From NCBI GenBank assembly GCA_000004695.1, contig CM000153.2, positions 4,256,001 to 4,320,000 of the forward strand: a stretch of 64,000 nt of DNA, written 5' to 3'. Shown one piece after another: positions 11,268 to 25,959 of the stretch (the first letter of the stretch is position 1; each line of letters opens with the position of its first letter). Both the position numbers and the translations under genes were made by a program. The DNA is from Dictyostelium discoideum. Taxonomy: Eukaryota. The notes beneath the pieces are model-generated. The model saw only the letters and a program-made list of their open reading frames with translations. It did no database searches and was not told the origin of the DNA.

Positions 11268-14200
11268 TTAATTTTCATAAGTTCTATTTTGTTCTTGTTC
11301 ATCCAATAAGATGTGAGCAGGCATTTTTTTACCAAGACCACCTCTCTTTTTAATGACTATAAAAACGATAGCACCAACACCAATAATAACAACGACAACA
11401 ATGACGACAACGGCAATGATACCATTTTTGGAGATATTAACATGAATTCCTCCTTTCTTTGGTGGTTGACATTTAGAGTATAAATCACTATCGACAGTGT
11501 TATCATATTTAATGATTCTCCAAGTTTCAGTTGAACCATTATTTACCTTTGTAATTAATAATGGAGTGGAAAGGTCAGTGTTTGTGGTATCAAAAGTTTC
11601 GAAACTCCAACCGGCTGGGAAGTAATAAACATTTGAATTATCACTTTCTTTTGATAATGTAGTTAAATTTAATCCATCAATGTTTGTATAGGTGGTTGAA
11701 ATTGTAAATTGATTCAAATAGGATTGATCAGTGAATAATCTTGCAATTGAATTATCACCAAAGAAGTATTTGTTATAATAAGCATTTGAAAATGGACCAT
11801 CTGATTTACTACCATTCAATGAAATGTTTGCAATATTCATTGATGAATCGGTGAAACATAATTCAACACCATCAACTTTATTGGTGTATTTATAGGATTC
11901 TGCTAATTTATCTTTACTATATTTCCAAATGACATTATTTGATTTTGTTATAATACCATCTTTATCTGTATTTGTTACTTGAATATTAATTGTAAAAGTT
12001 TTTAATACTTTTGGATGTTTTTTAGTATCAATAGTTTGTAAAGTAAATTCTTTATCAAATGATTTTGGACCATATGGAACATCATCATCGTCATCATCAT
12101 GATCATTAACTTGTTGTTCTAAATTATCAGTTTTAATTTCATCTTCTTCATCTTTATCCTTTTCATCGTCATCATCATCATCATCATCATCATTTTCTAT
12201 TTTTACAATTGTACAATTTGTTGGAATATTAACATTTGTAAGAGTAGAAGTTGAGTATGAATAAAAATCAATGGTTTGAATTAAAGTAGTTAAAGATTCA
12301 GATTGATTAATTAAAGAGATTGTAATATTAATTGGTGAAGCTGATTCTCCATTGGTTGACCAAGTATGAACAATAGCATGAGTTGAATTTGTTGAACTCC
12401 ATTGATGAATTGTATCTGTGAGTTTTGAAAAAGTCTTTGGTAAAGTTGAAATATCAGATAATTGATTAGCCAATGTTGAAGAGTAGTGATATTGATTTTT
12501 AACATTCTCAAATGTTTTACATTTATGGTCGTTGTTTGTTGAGCCCCATTGGGTAACTGATTGATTCTTATTATAGACTGAATATAAATCTGATGAATGA
12601 TATCTACCAATGGTAGTAGAGGTAGTATCAATTGAAGAATAAATCTCTTGATATTGTTGAGTATAACCATATTTCAAATTATTAATTGTAATCATTGAAT
12701 CATAGGTAGTTGGTAAAGTTGGAATACAAGATTCTTCATTAAAATCTTTAATCTTTGTTGGAATTGAAATAATATCAAATAAGAATATATCTATTTCTTT
12801 CTTTGTTGTTGTTGTTGTTGTTGATTCTTCATTTGAAGAAGTTGTAATAATTTCAACAGCAACTGGAATTGACATTGTTAAACTATTTAAACCATGTCTG
12901 AAAAGGAATTGCCAACCTCTTGCAAAAGTGTATAAATTAACAGATTTATTATTATCGATAGCTGTATTCCATTGGTCAACAGCAACTGAACGTCTAGTTG
13001 TTCTAGTAACAAATGTCCATTGGAGATTTGATGCATTTGTTAAGATTTCAATGACAGTTTCATCTATTAAATCACTTGTTTTAATTTTATTATTATTACA
13101 AGACAATGTGAATGAATCAACATTGAATGAATTTAAACCATTATTTGAAATACGTGAATAAGTTTCACCTTTTGTTTGTTCGATAATGAAAGCATCCATT
13201 TGTAAACTTTGATCATGATACCAATTATTTACACTATTTAATGAGGAGTCTACAACTTCTTCAAAGACTGCTGAAAATTCTGTATTGTTTAATGAAAGGG
13301 TAGTGGCATCTTCTAATTTTAAATCTTTTGGAAATTCAAATGATCCATTATCTATTGGTAAATCTGGGCATTTGTCATTTTCACAATCTGGTTTAGCAAA
13401 TGAACTTGGTAATGCTTCTAATAAAGTCCAACCTACAAATCCAATGTTTACATCAACTGGTTTACTTTTACCATCAAATCCAACATCACCTTTGAAAATG
13501 ATACGAACTGGAATATTATTTGGAAGGGAAATATATGTGGTAATTTTAGCGTTGATTTCTACTGTGATATTAACATCGCTATTTACAATATTTTCATAAC
13601 TACCAAATGTTTCAACAATTTCTTTTTCTAAAATACCATCAAATGTACATTCAGTTGTAATTGGATTATTTTCTTTTAATCCTGATAATAATTTCATATT
13701 TAATTTATTAATTGTATTTTCTTCATTAGGTGTTGGTGTTTGTGAATCAGTTGATGATGGTGATGATGAATCAGTTGATGATGGTGATGATGAATCAGTT
13801 GATGATGGTGATGATGAATCAGTTGATGATGATGATGATGATGATGATGAATCAGTTGATGATGATGATGATGATGAATCAGTTGATGATGATGATGATG
13901 ATGAATCAGTTGATGATGATGATGATGAATCAGTTGATGATGATGATGATGAATCAGTTGATGATGATGATGAATCAGTTGAGGATTCAGTATACAAAAT
14001 TGAACATTTAGTTTTTCCATCTTTGTGTTCACATGTAAATTTGGCACTATCAACATTACCAACCACTTGGTTAAAACATGATTGACCACCTAGTGACTTG
14101 ATTAATGTAATATCGATTTCACCAGTTAAATCAAATTTTGAAATAGCTTGGATTGGTGTTGTAATAGTATCATCGATTGAATTTTCAAATACTGAACAAC

Positions 14201-14757
14201 TAAATCCTCTATCAATTGTTTCATTTCCTTTGGATTTTTTAGATTAATTAAAAAAAAAATTTCAAAAGTTTTTTTTTTTTTTTTTTTTTCCACAAATATT
14301 TGTGAATATAATTTAAAAAAAATAAATAAAAAAATAAAATAAATTTCCAAGTTAGTTTTTTATTATTTTTTTTATTTTTTTTTTTATTTTTTTTATTTTT
14401 TTAAAAAAAAAAAATAAAATAATTATATCTAATTTACTTACTAACAAATAAATAATTTTCTGGTTTTAAAAAATCAAAAGATGAACCCATTTCAGAGTTG
14501 GTTGGATAATTGTACCATGTTGAATTAAAATTTATTGAAGAAGTTTCTGAAGTCCAATCGGAATAAATTATAACATCTTCAAATTCACGAACAGTTATTT
14601 TTTGACTATCAAAGTTGTACTCCTTACTTGAGAATGTAAAACCTTCTAAATAATTATTGTATGACACATAAGAAACATAATTTGGGTTAATCACTGGAAA
14701 ATCTTGAGATTTTACATATAATAAACCTATTATAAAAAAAAATAATATATATTTCAT
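11268..14757 (-). CDS. Type I transmembrane glycoprotein with mucin-like TDSSSSSS repeats and a poly-Asp tract; exons 14757..14442 and 14227..11268
   Basis: Exon 1 (the 14434..14757 ORF) encodes the signal peptide MKYILFFFIIGLLYV and ends ...NYLFV with a GTAAGT donor (revcomp of 14436..14441). AG acceptor at 14229/14228. Exon 2 runs in frame through the 932-aa ORF 11268..14066. The C-terminal TM helix IIAVVVIVVVVIIGVGAIVFIVI is followed by a basic KKRGG tail. The antisense and intronic ORFs here are artefacts. Confidence 0.65.
13730..13990. repeat. Tandem 24-33-bp coding repeats (gaatcagttgatgat[ggt/gat]n), encoding TDSSSSSS units of the membrane glycoprotein
   Basis: At least 9 consecutive units differing only in the number of GAT triplets. 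Confidence 0.9.
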
Positions 14758-15184
14758 TTTTTTTTTTTTTTTTTTTTTAAAAATTATTAATAAATAAAAA
14801 TAATAAATAAAAAAAACGATTTCTTGAAAAAAAAAAAAAAAATTGAAAAAAAAAAAAAAAATTAATTTAAAAATGCTTTAAAGGCTTTTCAAATAAACTT
14901 GACAAAAAAAAAAAAAAAAAAAAAAAAAATTATAAAAAAAAATTATAAAAAAAAAAAAATTTTTTAAAAAAAAAACTCTGGACTTCCAGGGTTCTATTAT
15001 TAACCCCTTCACTTTTTAAGGGAAACTGAAATAAATTAAAAACGGGAAAAAAAAACAATTAAAAAAAAAAATCAAAGGATATTTGGAGGTTACGAGAAAA
15101 AAAAAAAAAAAACAACTTCAGTTTGAACTGGGTCTCGCTCAGTTTTTGAAGAAAAAAACCCAAAAAAAAAAAATATTATAAATT

Positions 15185-15192
15185 TATTTATT

Positions 15193-15239
<47 letters not shown>

Positions 15240-15242
15240 TTT
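15185..15242. repeat. (TTTA)n tetranucleotide microsatellite, about 14 units
   Basis: tttatttatttattta... read directly in the intergenic region upstream of the 15583 gene. Confidence 0.9.
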
Positions 15243-15582
15243 TAAGGAATTATTTTTTTTTTTATTTTTTTTTTTTAAAAAAAAGACCTTAAAAGTTAAA
15301 AATAAAAAAGATGAAGTTCGAGCTTGAAGAGCACCATTCCTAAAATTTTTAAATTTTGAGAAATTCTTTGTTTTTTCTTTTTTTTCTTAATTTTAATTTT
15401 TTTTTTTTTTTTTTTTTTTTTCTTAAAAATTTAATTTATTTTTATTTTTATTTTTTTTATTGTGTTAAAAATTTTTTTTTTTTTTTTTTTTTATTGATTT
15501 TTTTTTTAACCTTTGTTTTAATATTCATACTATTTTATTTAATTAAATAAAATAAAAAAAAAAAAAAAAAAATTAATAAAAA

Positions 15583-17892
<2,310 letters not shown>

Positions 17893-18173
17893 ATCTTTTC
17901 TTTCCTCCACCTATCTCCCCTTGTCTTTCCTCCTATCCTCCCTCCCCCCCCCTCTCACTCCCCACCCACTTTGTTTTATTATTATTTTTTAATATTAATT
18001 TTCTATAATATATATGTATTTGTTTATTTAAACTACTTTTTTTTTTTTTTCAACACAAATCTAAAAAATAAAATGTATATCTTTTAATCTAATATAAAAA
18101 AATCTTTTTTCAATTAAGTAATTTATTTATTGGAAACTAAAATCTTACAATTATTTTTATAATAAATTATGAA

Positions 18174-18640
18174 TTAATTCGTTTTATTATTATTAACATT
18201 TCTTACTATCATTATTATCTTTATCATGGTATTCACCATTATCATCAGTTTCATTATCATCAGTTTCATTATCATCAGTTTCATTATCATCAATTTCACT
18301 ATCATCGATTTTACCATCATCAGTTTCACTGTCATCAGTTTCATTATCATATAAACGCACATTTAAGGAATTTGAAAATATTGAGAAAATTTTTACATTG
18401 TCTTAAGTTTAAGATTTTCTATTGTTGATTCTATTGGGAGAATGTGACAATCCAAAGTATCTTAAGGTAAATTATCATCAACACCATGAAATGTCAATGA
18501 AATGTTATAGTTTCCTTTTTTGAATTAGTTATTCGCATAAAGCTCACCTTTTACTTTTGGAGAATGTATAGGCAATTTTTATTTATTAATCGGATATGAA
18601 CTTTCATGAATGATTTGAAGTTTCTCTAATTCATTTTAAT
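18174..18640 (-). pseudogene. Truncated, disrupted copy of the repeat-protein gene seen intact-ish at 24420..25360 (dispersed gene-fragment repeat)
   Basis: About 80% nucleotide similarity to 24640-25330 over several hundred bp. It includes seven 15-bp coding repeats (catcagtttcattat, at 18238-18345) matching the atgatcagtttcact repeats at 24636-24755. The ...GNYNISLTFHGVDDNLP block is homologous to ...GNYNIPMAFHGVDDKLPFRYLD. The frame is broken by stops. Confidence 0.4.
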
Positions 18641-20039
18641 TAATCAAAAAAAAAAAAAAAATTTTATTTGATACTTTATTTTTAAAAGAATAAATAAAAA
18701 AAAAGATTAGATTATTATCACCATTTGATTCGTAATTAAATCAATGAATTCAATAAAAAGTGAATTGTTGAAATTAATTTGAAAGAGATACAAATATTAA
18801 CTGGATTTAGTATCGAAATTAAATCTGTTGATCTATTAAATTATTAAACCCAAATTCTTTTTTTTTTTTTTTTTTTTTTTTATAAAAATTAACACCTACT
18901 GAAAGTAAATTATATATTTAAAAAAAAAGAAAAAAAAAGAAATAAATTTTTATAAAAAAAAAAAAAAATAAAAAAAAATAACCAAATAATAAATCAATTT
19001 CTGAAAGAGATACCCATTCTAAATGGGGTTATTAATTTTTTTTTTTCTCAAATTTAATTCTTCATTTTTTTTTTTTTTAATAATCTGTAAATGGGTTTTT
19101 GTATGTTAAACTATTTTTTTTTAATATTTTTTTTAGTCTGCTATATGGTTGAATTTAACCTTAAAGAAGCACCAGATTATTTGATTTGATGGCACTTCTT
19201 TTCTTTGGTATTTAACTTAAATGTTAATTATAATTTTAATTTTTTTTTAATTTTATTGAAATATTAAAAAGTGTAAAAAATTTGAATTCAACATTTATCT
19301 TTAAAAATTGTCTCGGAATTTTACCTGATACAACACTTTTATTATCATGGCCATTTTTGTAAATGAAATTTTTTTTAATTTTTTAATTTTTTTTTTTTTT
19401 TTTGCCGAAATTGGTTTATTTTAATTAAAAGGGGTTAATTTTAGATTTCTTTTAAATTTAAAAGTAAATAAAATTCAATTAAATTACTATTTAGTATTTT
19501 TAAAATAAACTGTCATTTAAGATAGTTATAGATTTTAATAAAAAAATAACAATAAAAAAAAAAATATAAAAAAAAAATGAATTTAGAAGAGGAGCTACTT
19601 TTTTTAGAGCCACCACCAATAGCCAGTAATAATAATAATAATAGTGGCAGACAATAAAATATATAAGAGATTTGTTCCGCAACTATATTTAAAACAAAAA
19701 TTGATCCAAAAACCATTTTAAATTTAAATCAATATTTAACTCTATCCATTAAAACAATAAGTTCATCAATTGAAACAAATAATAAATTAAGTAAAGATCA
19801 AAAAAGAATTAATGAACACCAAAATAATCAAAAACTAATAAGTGATATTAATAATAATAATAATAATGACAATAAAAATAAACTCTATAGATTTTATAAA
19901 TAGTAGACATTTAAATTTATTACAATCATATTAATAATAATAATAATTATAATAAAATAAACTCTATAGATTTAATTAATAGTAGACATTTAAATTTATT
20001 ACAACCATTCCCATTGCCAACAGTGAATAATGATCAAAA

Positions 20040-20055
20040 TAATAATAATCAAAAA

Positions 20056-20111
<56 letters not shown>

Positions 20112-20220
20112 TAATAATAATAATTAAAATAATAATAATAATAAAAATAATAATAAAAATAATAATAATAATAAAAATAAAAATAATAAAAATCCAAATA
20201 ATAAAAATAATAAAAATTTT
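20040..20220. repeat. Interrupted (AAT)n/(AAAT)n low-complexity tract
   Basis: Direct reading; intergenic. Confidence 0.9.
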
Positions 20221-20339
20221 AAATATATATATTTAAATTAAATTTATAAATATTTTTTTTTTTATTTTTCAACACAACATTTGATTCAACTTTAATTTCA
20301 CATTTACATTTTCTTTTTTTTTTTTACAAGGTAAATTTA

Positions 20340-20900
20340 TAACAAAAAAGTAAAAGAAAAAAGTATGAGTATGGGTATACCCAGAACGACCAACAGAATC
20401 AATAGCGGAACAAACTTTTTGTTTTAGTTTACATCGACCATAGCATAACGAATGTCGAACTCTGGTGGATTATTAAAGATATGGGCCAATGGATGTCTTG
20501 CAGGGTATACGTTGATACAACTGACTTGGATACGATCAGTTTTCTCCTAACAAATCCAATGATAGATTGCGAAGTTTAAAATTTATTCTTCAAATAAACC
20601 ATATGGTTAAAAAGATTGTTACAGATTTACCACCTGTGATAACAATGGGTTGCATCAACCAACTTCAGAGCGTAGATTTCATGAATTCTCTAGGGTGGCT
20701 TGTTGAGATTTTGTCTCATTTTCTTTTTCCGAGACACCATTTACTGGATAGATTTGAAGGGTAAGAATTGATTCATGAGCTGCAATTGTTTCGATTGTGA
20801 TGCTGGTGATTTGATGTTGTAGTTGATGTTGCATTTGGTGCTGGTGATAATTTGAATGATTACTTGAGAATGGATTTAAAAAATTGAATAATTATTGAGT
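20340..20900. other. GC-rich (about 40%) non-coding block without a convincing ORF; candidate ncRNA or mobile-element remnant
   Basis: The composition departs sharply from the roughly 15% GC flanks. All six frames are interrupted. There is no tRNA-like A/B box and no similarity recognised to U-snRNAs, 5S or SRP RNA by eye. Confidence 0.3.
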
Positions 20901-21570
20901 AAAAAGAGAATGTAAATGAAAATGAAAAAAAAAAAAAAAAAAAAAAATTTAGTAAATAATCAATCTAATTCGATTTTACATTGATTGAATTAAAATAGAT
21001 TTTATAGTTGTTATCTTACATAGATTTGAATATTTGTGAAAATATCTGTAAATATAAGAAAATCATTATTTTCAAACATTTACCACTGAAATAAAAGGTT
21101 TCAAGTTTTTAATTCTACATTTTACTGGTCCACCTCTTTAAACTTTCAAATTTTTTGTTTTAAGATAAATTCAAATATTAACTGGATGTGGTATTGAAAT
21201 TAACTCTGTTGATCATTTTAAATTATTAAATAAAAATTCTTTAATAAAAAACACTGCAACCAAATATCAATATGTTTATTTTAATTTTTATATTATGGTT
21301 TTTATTTTTATATTTTTTTTATTTTTTATTTTTTAATTATATTTATTTATTTATGTATTTTTTTTTTTAATCTGTTTTTAAACGGCTTGATAAATATGAA
21401 TTATTTTTATTAAACGTTGGTTAAAACAGAATTAGAATGAGAAAAGTCACCTGAAACAAATAGAACTTTATCAAATCCATAATTTTCCACTATTAAAGAA
21501 ATTGTGTGCCTTATTATAATTATTATAATTGTTATTATTTTTTTTCTAATTTGTTACCTGCAACTTAGGT

Positions 21571-21735
21571 ACCATCTTTTGAAAAAGTGCGGTTATGGCC
21601 TTACCTTAGGAACATTGAATCAAGATAAGTGTGCCCAAACAGGAATATCAGTAGCCCCTAAAAGAGCAGCTGATGCGAAACTAGCACCAAGTTAGTTGTT
21701 ATCTATTAATTAAATAATCATTTGATTTAAAAAAA
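21571..21735 (-). pseudogene. Partial duplicate of the profilin gene (3' part of intron plus first ~125 bp of exon 2)
   Basis: About 85% identity to 22448..22610 of the intact profilin gene 900 bp downstream, in the same orientation, including the intron/exon-2 junction. It lacks exon 1 and the rest of exon 2. Confidence 0.55.
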
Positions 21736-22215
21736 AAAAAAATAATTAAATTCTCACCCCCATTAATAAATTTTTTTTTTTTTTTTAATCTTGAATATTT
21801 AATTTCTCAATCTAATTCTTTTTTCACCAACATTTGATAAAAATAATTCACATTTATCAAACCGATTAAAAACTGATAAAAAAAAAACATATTTACCCAA
21901 AAACTAATTAAAATATAAATCAATATTTATTTCTGGAAATTAAGTTATTAAAAAAAAATCAATTAACAAAAAAAAAAAAAACAACCACACAATCAAAAAC
22001 TATAAAAAAAAAATCTTTACGATAAATCAAACTAAATATGTCAACACCTAATTAACAATCAACATGAACTTTTCAATGTTTGTGGGTTCTAGTTTTTCTT
22101 TGTTTATTTTTAGAAAAAAAAAATATATTTTATATATATATATAGAGTTACAACATTTTTTTATTATTATTTTATATATTATTTTACGTTATTTATTTTT
22201 GAAAAGAATACTAAT

Positions 22216-22708
22216 TTAACAGTTGTTGTCAATTAAATAATCGGCTAATTTTTCAGCAATGTTAGCAGCAGCACCTGGTTGTAATTTGTCATCATAGACA
22301 GCAACGATGATACAAGTTAAGGTTTTAACGCAAACAACACCACCAGCACCTAATTTACCGTAAGCAGATCTGGTGTCACTTTTGATGGCCATATATTTCT
22401 TACCAGCAACGTGGATGCCAGTTGCGAATGCAGCTCCATCCTTTTGAAAAAGTGCGGTTATTGCCTTACCTTCAGCGACATTGAATCCAGCTGAGTGTGC
22501 CCAAACACTACCGTCAGCAGCACCTAAAAGAGCAGCTGATGCGAAACCAGCACCAAGTAAGTTGTTATCTATTAATTAAATAATCATTCGATTTAAAAAA
22601 AAAAAAAAATTAATAAAGTTGAACATCACCAACAATATATTGTGTGGAAATTAAGAAAATGAGGAAAGAAAAAAATTAACACCTACCGACGTATGCTTGC
22701 CAAGTCAT
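22216..22708 (-). CDS. Profilin (actin monomer-binding protein), 124 aa; exons 22708..22687 and 22568..22216
   Basis: Exon 1 is ATG ACT TGG CAA GCA TAC GTC G (MTWQAYV) with a GTAGGT donor. AG acceptor at 22570/22569. Exon 2 encodes DNNLLGAGFASAALLGAADGSVWAHSAGFNV...GKKYMAIKSD...YGKLGAGGVVCVKT...IVAVYDDKLQPGAAANIAEKLADYLIDNNC*. The profilin N-terminal MxWQxYVD and C-terminal AEKLADYL helices are unmistakable. Confidence 0.9.
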
Positions 22709-22904
22709 TGTATATTATATATTTATTAAGAGTTTTGAGTGTATGAAAATGATTTGGAGAAAAAAAAAATATTAAATTTTTATACTCGCCCACCCTTAAA
22801 AAAATTTTTTTTTTTTTTTTAATTTTTTTTTTTTTAGTTTTTTTCATAATTTTGGACACCCAATTAAAAACCCACCATACTTTGGGTTTTTTTTTTTTTT
22901 TTCT

Positions 22905-22935
<31 letters not shown>

Positions 22936-23822
22936 AAAAATATATTATTTCTCAACAATCTAGATTAATCGAATTTCATTTATTTTCGTCTGCTAAATTT
23001 TTGTGCCACCATTGGGATAAAAGAAAAAAAAAAAATATATAGTTCATATTTACCAAACTGTTTGGTAGTTTAAAAACTGATAAAAAAAAATAAAATAATT
23101 ATTAAGGTTTAACATAAAAAAAAAAAAAAAAAAACATTATTTATATAATCAAATTAATAATATGAGTAACTCATTTCTACTTTTATTATTTAATATATAG
23201 TAATTTTATTAGTTATTTTATGTATTTGAAAATTCATGTATTTGTTTATTTGTCATGTGATAAATTTTTTTTTTTTTTTCTAAATTTCAAATAAAAAAAT
23301 GGTTTAGTTTTTGGTCATATGAAATTCTTTATTTGAAAAAAAAAAAAAATATCTTTATTTTTGTTTTAATTATTTTTTTTATATTTTATTTTTTTTTTTT
23401 TTTGTATTGATTGGATATTTTTGATTTTCAAATAAATTCCTTTTCTTCAAAAAAAAAAATAAAAAAAATAATTTTAAAAAAACTATATTTGCAGAAAATA
23501 TAAATTAAAATGTGAGCATGAGGTCGAGTGTTGAGTTGAATCATATATATCTCAGGAAAATTAATTCTAATTAGCCTTTTTGTTATATTAATATTAAAAT
23601 TAAAAAAATAAATTATAATTATAAAATTAACAATCATGAAAAAAAAAAGTTTATGTTCATCATTATTGATAATATCATATGTTGAACAATAAAAAGTAAC
23701 ATCACCAAATAATCTGGTTCTTCTTTATAGTTGACCCCAACCATCTTTAGGTGGCTATTAAAAATGTTTAGATAAAAATAAAAATAAAAAAATAAAAAAT
23801 TTAAAAAAAGGTAATAATATGA

Positions 23823-23860
<38 letters not shown>

Positions 23861-24319
23861 AAAAATGTAAACGTATATGTGAATTCAAAGTTGAGTCAAA
23901 TGTTGAGTAGATATATGTAACTCAAATTTTTCACCCTTTGAACTAAAATAAAATTATTAAACCAAAATTAAATATATAATAAAAATAAATACATATTAGA
24001 TATTGTTTTTTGATTTTCTTTCAAATAAAAGCGATATTGTAATAATTATATAAAAGTAATGAGAGGGAAAAAAAAAAAAAAAAATATTTTAAAAATATTT
24101 TAAAAAATTTAATTTAAAATATATAATTTTTTTTATTTTTGTTATTATTTGGATTATTATTATTAATTATACATTTGGTTGGAGATGTTGGTACTGTTAG
24201 ATTTTTTTTTTTTTTAGATATTTGGCAGTTGGTTTTGTTGTTGTATCTTTTTTTTGAGGTTGTTTAACTAATGAACTCTTTGAAGATGGTTTTAATTTAT
24301 TTGCAATTTTCTTTTGTTG

Positions 24320-24392
<73 letters not shown>

Positions 24393-24419
24393 TGTTACTG
24401 GAGATGTTGATATTAGATT

Positions 24420-24536
24420 TTATTTTTTTTTACATGATTTGGTAGTTGATTTTGTTGTTGTATCTTTTTTTGATGATGGTTTTAGTTTTTTTAATTTTTT
24501 TTGATTATCTTCTTGTGATGATTTTCTTTTGTTTGA

Positions 24537-24592
<56 letters not shown>

Positions 24593-25360
24593 ACATTTCT
24601 TCATCGGTTTCTTCTTCACTATCGTTATTATCTTTATCATCAGTTTCGCTATGATCAGTTTCACCATGATCAGTTTCACTATGATCAGTTTCACTATGAT
24701 CAGTTTCACTATGATCAGTTTCACTATGATCAGTTTCACCATGATCAGTTTCAAAATCATTTTCATCAAAAATAAAACTATTTGAATTTAATGTATTACT
24801 AAAACCATCATTATCTATATTTGAATTATTAAAACCATCATCATTATTATTACAACCACTTCTTTCCAATTGATTGTATTGATCCAAAATATCAAAATTA
24901 AGTTGGTGTATTTCTTTTCAATATCTTTAATAATACTCAAACAAACATTTGGGTTTGAATCACCACAAGATATATCAGAAAAAGGTAATGGATCATATAC
25001 GCGATGGTTAGAGGCATTTGAAAATATTGAGACAATTTTTACATTGTCTTTGGTGTAAGACTTTCTATTGTTAATTCGGTCGAGAGAATGTGTCAATCTA
25101 AGTATCTAAATGGTAACTTATCATCAACACCATGAAATGCCATTGGAATGTTATAATTTCCACATTTGAATTGGTTATTCACACAAAATTCAATATATTC
25201 GTCAACTGTTAAGGTTGGATCCTCTAGTTTTGGAACATGTGGAGGTGAATTTTGATTAATTAATTGAATATGATATTTCATGTCTGATTTGATTGTATAA
25301 AATTTGGATGTAGATTCTGGTTGTGGGAAATTGTGGTAAGGAATGGAAGAGCACAAATAA
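24420..25360 (-). pseudogene. Disrupted gene encoding an HSETD 15-bp-repeat protein (frameshifted/stop-containing); second copy of the 18174..18640 element
   Basis: Three consecutive minus-strand ORFs (25093..25356, 24815..25096, 24420..24887) read as one protein broken by frameshifts. They contain ...YIEFCVNNQFKCGNYNIPMAFHGVDDKLPFRYLD, then eight (HSETD) repeats, polyN and a basic tail. They are flanked by (ATT)n. Confidence 0.4.
24636..24755. repeat. 15-bp tandem repeat (atgatcagtttcact) x8, encoding HSETD repeats on the minus strand; homologous array at 18238..18345
   Basis: Direct reading; the unit length is a multiple of 3, so the repeat is in-frame. Confidence 0.9.
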
Positions 25361-25379
25361 AGGAGATATTGTGACCATT

Positions 25380-25915
25380 TTCAAAATAACCATGAAATTT
25401 GACCAATTTTGTTGGATCACAAATGGATCTTGATGAATTCAATTGACTTCTAATCAATATTGTATTTTCTTCATTGTACTCTTTGATATTTGGATCAACT
25501 CTTTCAAGGGAAGCGCGATTATTTGACCAATAATTTAATGAGAATTGCCACCACTATAAAAACAAGTTCTACCTGATTGATTCCAAATCCTTTCAAAAAA
25601 ATCTCTATCAATTTTATTGGCTTTTTTGTGACCTGTTGTACCACACCTCTATTGTAAAAACATAATTTATAATATTTTAAATCATAACTAAAAAATAAAT
25701 GAATTTTTTGAAAAAAAAAAAAAAATTAATAAATTAATAATTTTAGTATATATTAATTATTGTTATTACAACAACAACTATTATTTAGTGTTATTAAAAT
25801 AAATAAAATAAAAATATATCAATTTTAATATTTTTACATACCAAGATTCAAGTAAATTTGTTTTTAAAACTTCATCTCTTGTTACAATTCTATTTAATTT
25901 AAATTTTACTTTTTT

Positions 25916-25959
<44 letters not shown>

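Noticed and set aside
13700-14089. 129-aa minus ORF rich in HHHHHQLI repeats, and 93-aa plus ORF (poly-M)
   Set aside because: Off-frame translations of the GAT-triplet repeat within the glycoprotein exon.
14126-14350. 74-aa minus-strand ORF
   Set aside because: Lies wholly inside the 14228..14441 intron and upstream of the acceptor of the membrane glycoprotein gene. The real exon uses another frame beginning at 14227.
22683-22958. 91-aa minus ORF upstream of profilin
   Set aside because: Mostly poly-Lys from a poly(T)/poly(A) tract, overlapping profilin exon 1 in another frame. Promoter DNA, not coding.
23480-23940. Two weakly similar about 60-bp GC-containing segments (aaaatgtgagcatgaggtcgagtgttgagttgaatcatatatatctcagg vs aaaatgtaaacgtatatgtgaattcaaagttgagtcaaatgttgagtagatatatgtaactcaaa), each after a long poly(A)
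   Set aside because: Similarity is low and patchy. There is no Class I RNA CCTTACAGCAA motif and no terminal stem. Probably chance similarity in AT-rich DNA, though a small ncRNA cannot be excluded.
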